A program made the translations under genes and the position numbers. Below, in pieces: positions 26,534-36,524 of a stretch of 64,000 nt of DNA; within the stretch, counting starts at the first letter, position 1; each line of letters opens with the position of its first letter. The stretch is from Chloroflexota bacterium (GTDB lineage: Bacteria > Chloroflexota > Dehalococcoidia > Bin125): positions 50,826 to 114,825 of the forward strand of contig VXQZ01000033.1 in NCBI GenBank assembly GCA_009838735.1, given 5' to 3'. The notes under the pieces were generated by a model. The model was given only the letters and a program-made list of their open reading frames with translations, searched no databases and was not told the DNA's origin.

Positions 26534-26965
26534 CTACAGGCAGTCGGCCCGCCGCAACGTCGCCCGAATCGACGGGTCCAGCGCATCGATCGCGCGCGAC
26601 AGTTGAGTCGCAATGCGAACCGCGTTGAGGCCGAAGGCAAGCGGGTTGGCAGGCTCCTCAGCAGGCTGTTCCTCAGCCACACCGACGACGAAGTCCAGCG
26701 TCTTGATTGAAGACCGGTGGAACTCCGCCAGCTCGTCCGGCGGCTCCACAGCTCTCAAGCGCTGCAACGAAGGCTCTCCGAGGCGGACGAGGTCGCCCCA
26801 GGTAACGGACTCCGGCTCAATCAGTGTCCGGGCGCTGGCGATGCCATCAGCGCAGAACTCGGCGTACTCCGAGACACTCAACCGCTCACTCGAAGCGCAC
26901 GCCGCGACCAGGATGCCAACGCCCATCGATGGCACAATGAACACGATGAACAGTGAGCGAGTCAT
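26534..26965 (-). CDS. Putative lipoprotein, unknown function
   Basis: Signal peptide with lipobox (ILVAAC) when started at the internal ATG. Confidence 0.5.
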   Translation of the reverse strand: MTRSLFIVFIVPSMGVGILVAACASSERLSVSEYAEFCADGIASARTLIEPESVTWGDLVRLGEPSLQRLRAVEPPDELAEFHRSSIKTLDFVVGVAEEQPAEEPANPLAFGLNAVRIATQLSRAIDALDPSIRATLRRADCL

Positions 26966-27049
26966 CCGTCGACCTGATACGCCTTGACAGACCCGGTTCG
27001 TCATCCAGCCCCGTCCCCACTATCTTGACCGTGAAGCGGGAGGCTGTGT

Positions 27050-28027
27050 ATGACGGCGCCGTATCGGGTGTTCATAACTCGTGAACTCCCCGGCCGGGAA
27101 TTTGCCAAACTGCGCGACGATCCGGCATTCGAGCTCGACGTGTGGCCGGGAGATTTCCCGCCATCGCGGAGCGATTTGCTCCAGCACGTAGCCGGCGTCG
27201 ACGGACTGGTCTGCCTGATCACCGACAGCATCGACTCCCCGGTGTTGGACGCGGCGGGCGCACGGCTCAAGGTGGTCTCGCAGATGGCGGTCGGAGTGGA
27301 CAATGTCGATGTCGCCGCCTGCGCAGCACGGGGGATTCCCGTGGGGAACACGCCCGGCGTCTTGACCGAGACCACAGCCGACATGGCCTGGGCGCTAATT
27401 CTCGCCTCCGCCCGGCGCGTGGTCGAGGCAGCGGAGTACGTCAAAGACGGACAATGGCAGACCTGGACGCCGACCCAGATGGCCGGAATCGACGTGTATG
27501 GATCGACCCTGGGCATCATCGGCTTTGGCGCAATCGGTCAGGCAATCGCGCGGCGAGCCCAGGGATTCGGCATGCGGGTGCTGTGCTGGAACCGATCCCC
27601 CCGGCCAACTGAGTCCGCAGCGGTTGGCGCCCAGCAGTGCGAGTTTGACCACGTGTTGTCGCAGGCGGACTTCGTCTGCGTCAGCATCGCCCTGACCGAC
27701 GACACCCGCGATCTGATCGACGCGAGAGCGTTTGAACTGATGAAACCGGGCGCCATCCTGGTCAACACCGCTCGCGGTCCAATCGTGGACGAAGACGCGC
27801 TGGTCGAGGCATTGCAGGGCGGCCAGATCGGCGGCGCCGGCCTGGATGTCACCGCAGTGGAACCCCTGTCGATGGAATCGCCGTTGTTGAGCATGGACAA
27901 CGTCGTTGTGTTGCCGCACATCGGCTCGGCATCGATGGCAACGCGAGGCAAGATGGCCGATATGGCGGTCGCCAATCTGCGCGCCGGACTCGCCGGCGAG
28001 TCGCTGCCCAACTCGGTGGGCGGCTGA
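27050..28027 (+). CDS. D-isomer-specific 2-hydroxyacid dehydrogenase (glyoxylate/hydroxypyruvate reductase-like)
   Basis: 325 aa; NAD-binding GxGxxG (GIIGFGAIG) and catalytic His region (HIGSAS). Confidence 0.9.
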   Translation: MTAPYRVFITRELPGREFAKLRDDPAFELDVWPGDFPPSRSDLLQHVAGVDGLVCLITDSIDSPVLDAAGARLKVVSQMAVGVDNVDVAACAARGIPVGNTPGVLTETTADMAWALILASARRVVEAAEYVKDGQWQTWTPTQMAGIDVYGSTLGIIGFGAIGQAIARRAQGFGMRVLCWNRSPRPTESAAVGAQQCEFDHVLSQADFVCVSIALTDDTRDLIDARAFELMKPGAILVNTARGPIVDEDALVEALQGGQIGGAGLDVTAVEPLSMESPLLSMDNVVVLPHIGSASMATRGKMADMAVANLRAGLAGESLPNSVGG

Positions 28028-28707
28028 TGTCGGAATCCGGTCGGGCCGCCTGGACGCCGCAAGGCGATGAACCCGGCAACCTCTGGTTGGCGCGGGCCCT
28101 GTGGGACTCGGGCGGAATCATGTTCGGCGATTTCGACCTCGGCGCCACGCTCGGTTCACCGGTCTACCTCAACGTCCGCCGGCTGATCGCCCATCCCTGG
28201 GCGCTGCGCCGGATTGGCGAATTGCTCAACGATGAAACACGCATGTTGGGCGGCATGTTGCGTCCGACAATCGCGCCGTTCGAGCTGATCGCTGGCGTGC
28301 CGATGGGCGGTCTGCACGCGGCTACCGCCTTCTCACTCTCCAGCAACGTGCCGATGATCTACGTGCATCCATCGAGCCAGATCAGGCACGTCGCCGAGGA
28401 GATCGAAGGCGCCTACTACCCCGGTCAAACCGTGATCCTCGTCGACGACCTGATGACTCGCGGCGGCTCGTTATCGGAAACCGCCGATCTGTTGCGCTCG
28501 GCCGGCCTCATGGTCCACGACGCCTTCGTCCTCATCGATCGCGGAGCTGGCGGCGGCGAACGTCTGCGCCGGGAAGGCATCACGGTGCACTCGCTGCTCA
28601 CGCTGGAGGGACTACTCAACTTCTTGCTGACGCGAGAACTCATCACCGAAGCGATCTACGCCAAATGCCTGACCTGGCTCGAAGGCGTCCGGGATAGCAA
28701 CCGATGA
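28027..28707 (+). CDS. Orotate phosphoribosyltransferase-like (type I PRTase) protein
   Basis: PRPP-binding motif VILVDDLMTRGGSL; start overlaps the upstream stop (TGATG). Confidence 0.75.
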   Translation: MSESGRAAWTPQGDEPGNLWLARALWDSGGIMFGDFDLGATLGSPVYLNVRRLIAHPWALRRIGELLNDETRMLGGMLRPTIAPFELIAGVPMGGLHAATAFSLSSNVPMIYVHPSSQIRHVAEEIEGAYYPGQTVILVDDLMTRGGSLSETADLLRSAGLMVHDAFVLIDRGAGGGERLRREGITVHSLLTLEGLLNFLLTRELITEAIYAKCLTWLEGVRDSNR

Positions 28708-28714
28708 GGCTGTT

Positions 28715-29464
28715 GTGAGGCTCTTGCAAACGCTGTTGGCCTTCGTCACGGGCGCCATCGCCGCGATCATGTGGCTGGAGCGTCAGGCAGCGGGCGATCG
28801 GTCGCGGCCTGCCTCGCCGGCGCAGCCCGAACCCGCATCGCCTCCACCCGCCCCGGAACCTGTGGTGGAGCAGGTCGAAGTCCCCGACCCCGAGCAGGAA
28901 TCGAGGATCGCTGAGCTCGAGGCCGAGCTGGCCGAGCAACGCTCGCTGCGCACGCCGGAACCGGGCGAGGCCCATCCCGGCGTCGATGCGATCCGCGCCG
29001 CGCGGACACGGGCGCTAGAACTGGAGCGACAGCTCCTTCAGCAGTCGGATGACGGTGCAACACGATGGTTCGACGTCTCGCCGTCCGCAGATGACCTGAT
29101 CGAGGCGGCAATCGAGTATCTGCCGCAGGTCGCAGTGAGGGTTCAGCCTGACTCGATCGATCCGAGCGATCTGTGGGGAGTGCTCGGTGCGATGCAGGAG
29201 TTCGCCGCGGCCTCCGGTGGCGCCTGGTTCGAGTTCGATGGAGACTTCGCCCGCTGGTGCGCGGAAAGCGGGCACCCCCACGCCCTCGATCCGGACGTAC
29301 CGGGCACGGACGAGGAGCGCCCGACCTTCGCGGTCGAGGCGAAGGTCAATCGTTCCGGCCAGATGATCGTGCCGACCTTCGTCGCGATCGGCGAACACCG
29401 CTGCTACTACGTCGACGATGTCGCCGGCGAGACGGGCCGGATGCACATCGTCGGACTCGTCTAG
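28715..29464 (+). CDS. Hypothetical protein with N-terminal TM helix, Pro-rich linker and coiled coil
   Basis: 249 aa; no recognisable domain. Confidence 0.5.
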   Translation: MRLLQTLLAFVTGAIAAIMWLERQAAGDRSRPASPAQPEPASPPPAPEPVVEQVEVPDPEQESRIAELEAELAEQRSLRTPEPGEAHPGVDAIRAARTRALELERQLLQQSDDGATRWFDVSPSADDLIEAAIEYLPQVAVRVQPDSIDPSDLWGVLGAMQEFAAASGGAWFEFDGDFARWCAESGHPHALDPDVPGTDEERPTFAVEAKVNRSGQMIVPTFVAIGEHRCYYVDDVAGETGRMHIVGLV

Positions 29465-29746
29465 CGGCGACTGTGGAAGAAGCCGCAACCTGGCGTGTCG
29501 GCCTCCGGCGCCAGGATTCCACTGGCAGGGTGGTCGCAGGTTCCCTTGCCGCCCATCGCGTCGGCCCGAGGCGGAAGCCATTCCAGGCAGTTGCCGCAGA
29601 GGCTGGGCAGCGATCGCGCGGGCTGATCGTCGAGGACCATCAGTTCCCGGCGCTCCCGTCGAGCTTCGCGTGAGCTGTGATATCGGGCGGCCTGCTTTCG
29701 CGGCCGCTGACTCGGTCGGCGTCCCTTGCGGTTGCGGCGGGGCACG

Positions 29747-30274
29747 TCAGCGCCGCTCCAACGCGTAGCGGTCGGCGCTGAGCAGCATCGAAAGCGCGGA
29801 CAACCAGCGGTCGCGGACCACGGTGTAGTCGCGGCCGGTGCGCCGATTCGGATTGCGTGGTACCCGATGCCCATAGGGACGGCGCAAGGCGTAATGGGAG
29901 CCAATCCACTCGGTGCGCAGCGTGCGATCGGCCTGCGGCGCCCAACGAACACGCAACCGCGTCCGGCGAGCGCGCCTGCGATCGGGTGGTCGCCACTTGA
30001 TGACCAGGTCGCGACCGCGGGAGGGTCTGACATCCTCGACCAGCGACGCCGGAATGTGCAGCAGGGGCCGGCCATCTTCTCGCAGGAACGTCGCCCCGTC
30101 GACATCAAGAATGAGGTCACCCTGGTGATCGCTGAATGGAACCGGACCGACCAGCGTCGCGGCGTCGCGGCTGGGAAGCGCAATTGGACGCTGCAAGGCG
30201 ACATCAGCGCCGCAGCGATGACAGGCGGCGCGTCCGTCAAAGGTCTCTCGGTGGCACGCGGGGCAGATCTTCAT
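29747..30274 (-). CDS. Hypothetical protein with N-terminal CxxC-x10-CxxC zinc ribbon
   Basis: MKICPACHRETFDGRAACHRCG; Arg-rich C-terminal half; ATG with GGGAAG upstream. Confidence 0.5.
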   Translation of the reverse strand: MKICPACHRETFDGRAACHRCGADVALQRPIALPSRDAATLVGPVPFSDHQGDLILDVDGATFLREDGRPLLHIPASLVEDVRPSRGRDLVIKWRPPDRRRARRTRLRVRWAPQADRTLRTEWIGSHYALRRPYGHRVPRNPNRRTGRDYTVVRDRWLSALSMLLSADRYALERR

Positions 30275-30361
30275 TCCGCTTCCCGTCCACGCGAACGGTA
30301 CCAACAGTGCTCCCTCACCGGGAGAATGAGGGATTGGAGGAAGGCGGCAACCGTTGGCGCG

Positions 30362-31498
30362 TTAGACCGCGACGGGCGAGCCGAACTTCTCGATCAGCTC
30401 TTCGGCCTGGCTGACCATGGTCTCGACAACCTCGGTTGCGGGGCGGATGGCCTTGATCAGACCAGCGCCGTTGCCAGCGGGGCCGCCGATCAGTTCCTCG
30501 ATGTGCGCTTCGCGGGCGCCGCGCAGCGCTTCACCGACGAGCAGTCCCTGAAGCGGCATGGGGAGTGTGGGCGGAGCTTCGGGTCGTTCCCAGGCCTCGG
30601 TCCAGGCGTTGTACATGTGGCGCATGGTCTTGCCCGAGTACATCCGGCCGATGCGGGTGTCCTCGTCAACCGCGGCCACGAGCTTGTCCCATTGGACCTT
30701 GCGGGTCCATTCGTCGGTCTCGCCGCGTTCTTCGGAGTCCTGGTAGGCCTCCCAGGTGCCGAGGAAGGCGGTGCCGCACCAGATCGCCTCGGCGCCCAGC
30801 GCGAGCGCGGCCAGCAGGCCGCGACCGTCCATGATTCCGCCGGCGGCAATGGTCTTGGTCGGAGCGATTGCATCGGCCACCTGGGGCACGAGCGCAAGGG
30901 TGCCGATCCGGCCGGTGTGGCCTCCGGCCTCGGTGCCCTGGGCAACGACGGCGTCGACCTTGGCGGCCGCCACACGGCGTGCATTGCGGGTGTTGCCGAC
31001 CAGACCGATGACTTTCATGCCCTGCGCGTGGGCGTCGTCAACCATCCAGCCGGGGCTGCCCAGGCCGGAGGCGAAGACGGGTACGTTCTCGTCGAGGATC
31101 ACCTCGACCTGCTTGCGGAAGTAATCCTGCGTCAACGGCGGCCGATCGAGCTGTTGGGACGGCTCGGGGATCTCGAACTCCTGCTTAAGCTGATCGACGA
31201 AGTGGTGATGCTCGGCCGAGATCTCGAGCTCCAGATCCTCGCGGTTGCCGGAGTCGGCGATCGAAGAGGGCAGGAGCAGATCAACGCCGAATGGCTTGTC
31301 GGTCAGCGAGCGGACCTTGGCGATCATGCCGTGCAGCTCATCCGGCGTGTAACCGGTGGCGCCGACCACGCCGAGCCCACCGGCCTCGGATACGGCAGCG
31401 GCCAGCGTCGGCCCGGCGGCGCCACCCATCCCGGCGAGCATCACCGGATACTCGATGCCCAGCATGTCGCAGAGTTCAGTTTTCAGAGGGGAAGCCAT
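30362..31498 (-). CDS. Nitronate monooxygenase (2-nitropropane dioxygenase, NMO family, FMN-dependent)
   Basis: 378 aa from the internal ATG (MASPLKTELCDMLGIEYPVMLAGMGG); characteristic NMO glycine-rich FMN-binding stretches. Confidence 0.85.
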   Translation of the reverse strand: MASPLKTELCDMLGIEYPVMLAGMGGAAGPTLAAAVSEAGGLGVVGATGYTPDELHGMIAKVRSLTDKPFGVDLLLPSSIADSGNREDLELEISAEHHHFVDQLKQEFEIPEPSQQLDRPPLTQDYFRKQVEVILDENVPVFASGLGSPGWMVDDAHAQGMKVIGLVGNTRNARRVAAAKVDAVVAQGTEAGGHTGRIGTLALVPQVADAIAPTKTIAAGGIMDGRGLLAALALGAEAIWCGTAFLGTWEAYQDSEERGETDEWTRKVQWDKLVAAVDEDTRIGRMYSGKTMRHMYNAWTEAWERPEAPPTLPMPLQGLLVGEALRGAREAHIEELIGGPAGNGAGLIKAIRPATEVVETMVSQAEELIEKFGSPVAV

Positions 31499-31769
31499 AC
31501 GTGGCCTTTCAGTGAGTCTCAGATGTGTTGGAGGGTTCGCGGGTATGGTATCAGCGCCTCGGCCTGCGCTGGCCGGGGTCAAGAGAGCGACGCCATGAGG
31601 GTCACCGCAGTATCCAAGGATTGGTTCAGGATCGAGCGCGACACAGCGGGTGCGCTCGCTTCGATCGATGTGGGTCCGCCTGGCGTGGCGCGAACGACAG
31701 ACTGCGCGACCACTCTGTTCTTTGGGTATCAAGAGAACACAACAGCGATACTTGAAGAAGCGACTCGCC

Positions 31770-32117
31770 ATGTCTAGTCTGGTGACTAGTCACGTACAGT
31801 CGTCGCAGGGTTGGGGGTGCGATTTGGCGAACAGCTATGAAGGCCGCGAGCAGGAATCGACTGGTACCTGGCAGGTGCAGGAGGCGAAGGCTCGCTTTAG
31901 TGAGTTGCTGGAAACCAGCTTGCGGGATGGACCGCAGGTGGTGACTCGGCGCGGGGTGGAAACTGCGGTGATCGTGCCGTACGCGGAGTGGCAGCGGATC
32001 AAGAAACCCAGGTACCGCAACGTCAAAGAGTGGCTGCTGGCGCCCGAAGCCCGCACCGACGATCTTGTTCCAGAGCGACTCGACTGGGAACTCGGGTCGC
32101 CGCCCAGATTCGACTAA
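31770..32117 (+). CDS. Type II antitoxin, Phd/YefM family
   Basis: TWQVQEAKARFSELLE ... VIVPYAEWQRI; start uncertain (ATG 31770 or TTG 31824 with GGGGG upstream). Confidence 0.7.
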   Translation: MSSLVTSHVQSSQGWGCDLANSYEGREQESTGTWQVQEAKARFSELLETSLRDGPQVVTRRGVETAVIVPYAEWQRIKKPRYRNVKEWLLAPEARTDDLVPERLDWELGSPPRFD

Positions 32118-32123
32118 CGCTCC

Positions 32124-32537
32124 GTGTATCTGCTCGACACCAACGTCGTCTCCGAGCTGAGGCGCCCACGACCGAATCGGTCGTTGCTCGCCTGGTTTGA
32201 GGGCGTCCACTCGGAGGATCTGCACTTCAGCGCGATGACGATTGCAGAGATTCAACGCGGCATTGAACAATGTCGGATCAAGGATTCTGAACAGGCTCAG
32301 GAGTTGACGGAGTGGTTGGAGAGCCGGTTGCTTACTGGCTTCGAGGTATTGGCCTTCGACACTCGCGCGGCGCGTGAGTGGGGGCGAATGATGCACAACC
32401 AGTCGGCCAAGTTGGCCCAAGACGCGGTCATTGCAGCCACAGCGAGAACGAACTCTTTGACAGTGGTTACGCGCAACGTCAAAGACTTCAGGCGCCTGGG
32501 CGTCGCCTATCTCAATCCGTTCGAGTTCGGCCGCTGA
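32124..32537 (+). CDS. vapC: PIN-domain ribonuclease toxin VapC
   Basis: Begins (GTG) YLLDTNVVSEL with the conserved acidic PIN residues; 6 nt downstream of the antitoxin stop. Confidence 0.85.
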   Translation: MYLLDTNVVSELRRPRPNRSLLAWFEGVHSEDLHFSAMTIAEIQRGIEQCRIKDSEQAQELTEWLESRLLTGFEVLAFDTRAAREWGRMMHNQSAKLAQDAVIAATARTNSLTVVTRNVKDFRRLGVAYLNPFEFGR

Positions 32538-32550
32538 GGGGATCGTCCCA

Positions 32551-33774
32551 TCAGGTCCCAGCCGGTCCGACGATGGTGATCTCTTCACCCAGCGCGGCCA
32601 GCCCCAGCGAGTGCTGGAGTTCGTCAGTTTTCCAGGCCATGACGATGCCGCCGGTAAGGTCGCGGTACAGGCGCTCGAGCGGCTGGCCCTTGACATAGGC
32701 GTGGGCGCCGGTGGTCTTGATGCTGATCTGGGCGACTTCCTCGGCCATGCGGCGCAAGTGGTGTGTGGTTCGAACTTGCATGCGGACGAACGACTGGCGA
32801 TCGTTGTAGGCCCGGTCCACTTCCTTGACGGCGTGGTACAGCATCGTTCGTCCGGAGGCGAGCCAGCTGTCCATTTCGCCCAGCGCCATCTGGGCCCATG
32901 CCTGTTGCGAGCGGAGCTCGTTGGATCCGCCGAGCGGGCTGTTGGCCGAAGCGAGATAGCCGCGTCGCTGCTGAAGGTATTCAACGGTCTCGTCGAACAT
33001 GGCCTGGGCGTTGCCCAGCCAAATCGCGCAGATCCCCAATCCTGGTAGCGCTCTGCGTTGCCACTGGCGCTGGGGGATCATCTGTTCGCCCATGCGCAGC
33101 AGAGAGAGCGGTACCACGAAGCAATCGGCCCGCGGGAGCCTGAGTTCCTCGATCACTACGTCGTGCGAGGCGGTCGAGCGCAGACCCATGCCGTCCCAGT
33201 TGTTGCGATTCGTGATCGCTTCGTCCGTGAAGGCAGGCAGGGCGATGACCAGGTCCGGTTCTGTTGGCCTGTCGATCAGGGCGCCGACCATGGCGAACCG
33301 GGCGGCATCGGCACCTGAAGCAAAGCCTGCTCGCCCGCTGATGACCAGATCCGTGCCGTCCTCGGTTGCCGAGAAGCCGGTTGAGGTGTTGTCGAGCTCT
33401 CGTGATGGAATGCTGCCGGGTGCGCAACACCAGGCGCCCTCGGCGCAGGCCTTGAGCACATTGTCGCGGTGCGGATAGGGAGGCAGGGCTCCGGCGATCG
33501 CGGTGACGAGCACGTGCATGTTTAGCGCGACCGCCGTCGAGGCGTCGCCGTAGGCGATCTCTTCGATCAGGCGGACGAAGGTCTCGCCGTCGGCCTCAAG
33601 CCCGCCGAGCGCCTCCGAGATCAACAGACCGGAAATGCCCAACTCGGCGAGTTCGTTGAAGTTGTCGATCGGTAGCTGGCCGTCACGATCGGCGTCGGCG
33701 GCTCGGTCGCGGATCGATCCTCGAGCGAGTTCGCGGACCTGTTTAGTCAACTGTTGTGATGCATCGGCGTCCAT
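32551..33774 (-). CDS. Acyl-CoA dehydrogenase family protein
   Basis: 407 aa with the ACAD N/M/C-domain pattern. Confidence 0.75.
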   Translation of the reverse strand: MDADASQQLTKQVRELARGSIRDRAADADRDGQLPIDNFNELAELGISGLLISEALGGLEADGETFVRLIEEIAYGDASTAVALNMHVLVTAIAGALPPYPHRDNVLKACAEGAWCCAPGSIPSRELDNTSTGFSATEDGTDLVISGRAGFASGADAARFAMVGALIDRPTEPDLVIALPAFTDEAITNRNNWDGMGLRSTASHDVVIEELRLPRADCFVVPLSLLRMGEQMIPQRQWQRRALPGLGICAIWLGNAQAMFDETVEYLQQRRGYLASANSPLGGSNELRSQQAWAQMALGEMDSWLASGRTMLYHAVKEVDRAYNDRQSFVRMQVRTTHHLRRMAEEVAQISIKTTGAHAYVKGQPLERLYRDLTGGIVMAWKTDELQHSLGLAALGEEITIVGPAGT

Positions 33775-33884
33775 GGGAACTCCCGTTGTCGATACGAGTC
33801 AGAACGAAATCAGCGTATCGGCCAACTGTGCCCGAGCGTTAGCATTTCGGCAGGAATGGCAAGCCTCTGGGAAGGACGCTGCTG

Positions 33885-34838
33885 ATGCCCTCAATCAACA
33901 CATTGCACGGAGAAGTAGATACATCCGAGCTGGGTCGGACGCTGATCCACGAGCACATCGGGATCCGATCTCCCGGGATCTCCGAGAACTGGCCGGAGTT
34001 GTGGGACGAGGCGGGCTGCGTGGCTTCGGCGGACGAGAAGCTCAACGCGCTCCAGCAGCGCGGCGTCAGCACGGTGGTTGACCTCTCGACGGCGGATCTG
34101 GGCCGTGATATGGGCTTCCTTCAGAAAGTGTCGGAGGTGACGTCGATCAACGTCGTGCTCTGCACCGGGATCTACTGGTTGCGCTCGATGTATTGGCGCG
34201 GACGGCCGGCCGAGATGATGACGGAGGTGTTTGTCAGGGACATCACTGAGGGAATCGCCGGCACGGGCGTCAAAGCCAACATCATCAAGCTGGCTTCGGA
34301 CGAGCAGGGCGGCGGGGTTGACCGCTACAACGAGAAGTGCTTGCGTGCCGGGGCGCGTGCGCATCGCGCAACCGGCGTGCCGATTGCGACGCACAACGGT
34401 CCGCCTGAACTGGGTGCGAAACAGCAGGATGTCTTCGAGGACGAGGGCTGCGACCTGTCGCGGATCGTGATCGGCCACGTCGGCGATACGGCGGACACGG
34501 ACTATCTCAAGTCGCTGATGGACCGGGGCTCGTACGTCGGGCTCGATCGCTTCGGACTGGACCAGATCCTGCCCTTCGACGACCGAGTGAATACGGTCGT
34601 CAAGCTCGCGGCCGACGGCTACACCGAGCGCATGTTGCTGGCCCACGACGCCTCTTGCTGTCTGGACTGGATTCCCGACATCGATGCAATGCGGCAGGCG
34701 CAGCCGAACTGGCACTTCAATCACATCTCCGACGACGTCGTTCCGGCTCTGTTGGAACGCGGCGTGACGCAGGCTCAGGTTGATCAGATGCTGATTGGCA
34801 ATCCGCGAACCCTGTTCGAGAATCAAGGCGCGTACTAG
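33885..34838 (+). CDS. Phosphotriesterase-related (PTE/aryldialkylphosphatase family, TIM-barrel amidohydrolase) protein
   Basis: LIHEHI metal-binding start and a later conserved His/Asp pattern. Confidence 0.85.
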   Translation: MPSINTLHGEVDTSELGRTLIHEHIGIRSPGISENWPELWDEAGCVASADEKLNALQQRGVSTVVDLSTADLGRDMGFLQKVSEVTSINVVLCTGIYWLRSMYWRGRPAEMMTEVFVRDITEGIAGTGVKANIIKLASDEQGGGVDRYNEKCLRAGARAHRATGVPIATHNGPPELGAKQQDVFEDEGCDLSRIVIGHVGDTADTDYLKSLMDRGSYVGLDRFGLDQILPFDDRVNTVVKLAADGYTERMLLAHDASCCLDWIPDIDAMRQAQPNWHFNHISDDVVPALLERGVTQAQVDQMLIGNPRTLFENQGAY

Positions 34839-36482
34839 ATGGGCGCAACGGCGCTGGAACCTGCCGACCTCCTGTCGGCGGCACGCGCTGGATTTGCCGG
34901 TGCGCCGCTTCAGGACTCTCCGGGTGAGGTGGCCGCGCGGGCACGACTGTGGCGCAACGGCCACCTTGTCGCAGAGGCGGAAGTGTCGGCCTTCGATGGC
35001 CTATCTGCCGCTCAGGCAGCCGGAACAGCGCTGCAGGCGGCCTTGGTCGACGAAAGCGATCAGCCCGGCGATGCACTGAGCATCGAAGTGGAAGCCGAAC
35101 GCGTTTCGCGAAACCCCGAGGGGCTGATCGGGCTGATCCAGACGCCGCTTGCGGGCCGGCATGGGCTCATTCTTCGAGACGGCGACCAGGTCGCCCGGGG
35201 ATGGCCGTTTGAAGCCTTGCGCACCGACGGACGCACGGCGGCCTGGGTGAAGCAACTGAATCGCAGCGTTCGGCGTCCTGGCGCGAGGCTGGCGGCGAGC
35301 ACCTCTGTGGAAGTCTTCACGACGGTCGAAGCGATCGGCAGCGTTGCGCCGGCGGACGGAGAACGGATCTCTGCCCGTGCCGGCGGCTTCCGGCTGGTCG
35401 AGATGGCGGAGGTGCTGCCCGACCGGCTGACCGGCTCGGCTCTGCAGGCGGCGGCCTGGCTGCTGCGGCATCAGCGGCCCGACGGTTCGTTCGCGTATGA
35501 GTACGCGCAGTCGGCCGCCGGCGAGCAGGGCGACTGGACGCCGTACGACCAGCTCGTTCGGCAATGCGGTTGCGCCTGGGCGATTGCGATGGTCGCGCGA
35601 TTGTCGCGAGATCGGAAGATCGGCGAAGCGGCCGCGACCGCAATCAGCGGCATCCTCGAGCGTCACCTCAGACGGGATGGACCGGGTCGGCTGTTCTACC
35701 TGCGAGACATGTACGGCGAGGCCAAGCTGGGCGCTCCGCCGCTGCTGTTGCTCGCGATCACGGAGATGGGTTCGTCGCTGCGGCTGCCTCGGGAGACCGT
35801 CGACCAACTGACGGCATCGCTGTTAGCGGTGCAGGCGGCCGACGGCCACTTCGGCACCAGGGCCCGGGGGATGGAACTGGAGGGCTCCGAGACCTACTAC
35901 GCCGGGCAGATCGTCCTGGCCCTGGCCAGGCTGTTCGGCGTCCGCAAGCGGCCGCGACTCCGCTCAGCCGTGGAACGAGCCTTGAAGCACTACCAGGCGC
36001 GCTGGCAGGACGAGGATGAACGCGATCTGTCCTTCACGACCTGGATGATCCAGGCCTGCGATCAGTGGCACGCCCTGGCGGACGACGAACTGTCCCGGGA
36101 CTACGCCTACGAGATGGCCGACTGGGCGCTGGAGGAGCAACACGGCGAGGACTGTGAGAACCCGCTCTGGGTGGGCGCGTTCCAGAACACGCCGGGGATT
36201 GGGACAGCGGCGTACAGCGAGGGGATCGCGAGCGCGCTCTCAATTGCCCAGCGGGCGGGTAATGAAGAACGGATCGAACGGTATCGGACGGCGCTGTTGC
36301 TCAGCATGCGATTCCTGCTGTCGCTCTCGGTGGACGGTCCCGAGCATGCGCTGGTCGGCGGCAGTGAACACGTCGGCGCGGTTCGGTCGGCGCTGCATCG
36401 CTCGGGGCTGCGCTGCGACAACGCGCAGCACTACCTGATGTCGATGCTGCGCGCTCGGGCATTGTGCTGGGAGAGCGAATAG
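34839..36482 (+). CDS. Hypothetical two-domain protein; C-terminal alpha/alpha-toroid (prenyltransferase/terpene-cyclase-like) repeats
   Basis: 547 aa; repeated Q-x-x-DGSF/HF-like motifs (QRPDGSFAYEY, QAADGHFGTR); start codon abuts the PTE stop (TAGATG). Confidence 0.5.
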   Translation: MGATALEPADLLSAARAGFAGAPLQDSPGEVAARARLWRNGHLVAEAEVSAFDGLSAAQAAGTALQAALVDESDQPGDALSIEVEAERVSRNPEGLIGLIQTPLAGRHGLILRDGDQVARGWPFEALRTDGRTAAWVKQLNRSVRRPGARLAASTSVEVFTTVEAIGSVAPADGERISARAGGFRLVEMAEVLPDRLTGSALQAAAWLLRHQRPDGSFAYEYAQSAAGEQGDWTPYDQLVRQCGCAWAIAMVARLSRDRKIGEAAATAISGILERHLRRDGPGRLFYLRDMYGEAKLGAPPLLLLAITEMGSSLRLPRETVDQLTASLLAVQAADGHFGTRARGMELEGSETYYAGQIVLALARLFGVRKRPRLRSAVERALKHYQARWQDEDERDLSFTTWMIQACDQWHALADDELSRDYAYEMADWALEEQHGEDCENPLWVGAFQNTPGIGTAAYSEGIASALSIAQRAGNEERIERYRTALLLSMRFLLSLSVDGPEHALVGGSEHVGAVRSALHRSGLRCDNAQHYLMSMLRARALCWESE

Positions 36483-36524
36483 CCACGGTTTTCCAAAGAG
36501 AACAGTTGTACCGGTATCATATGG

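Noticed and set aside
31650-31769. Upstream 40-codon extension of the Phd antitoxin ORF
   Set aside because: No RBS, and it would make an atypically long antitoxin. The extension overlaps the divergent NMO promoter region.
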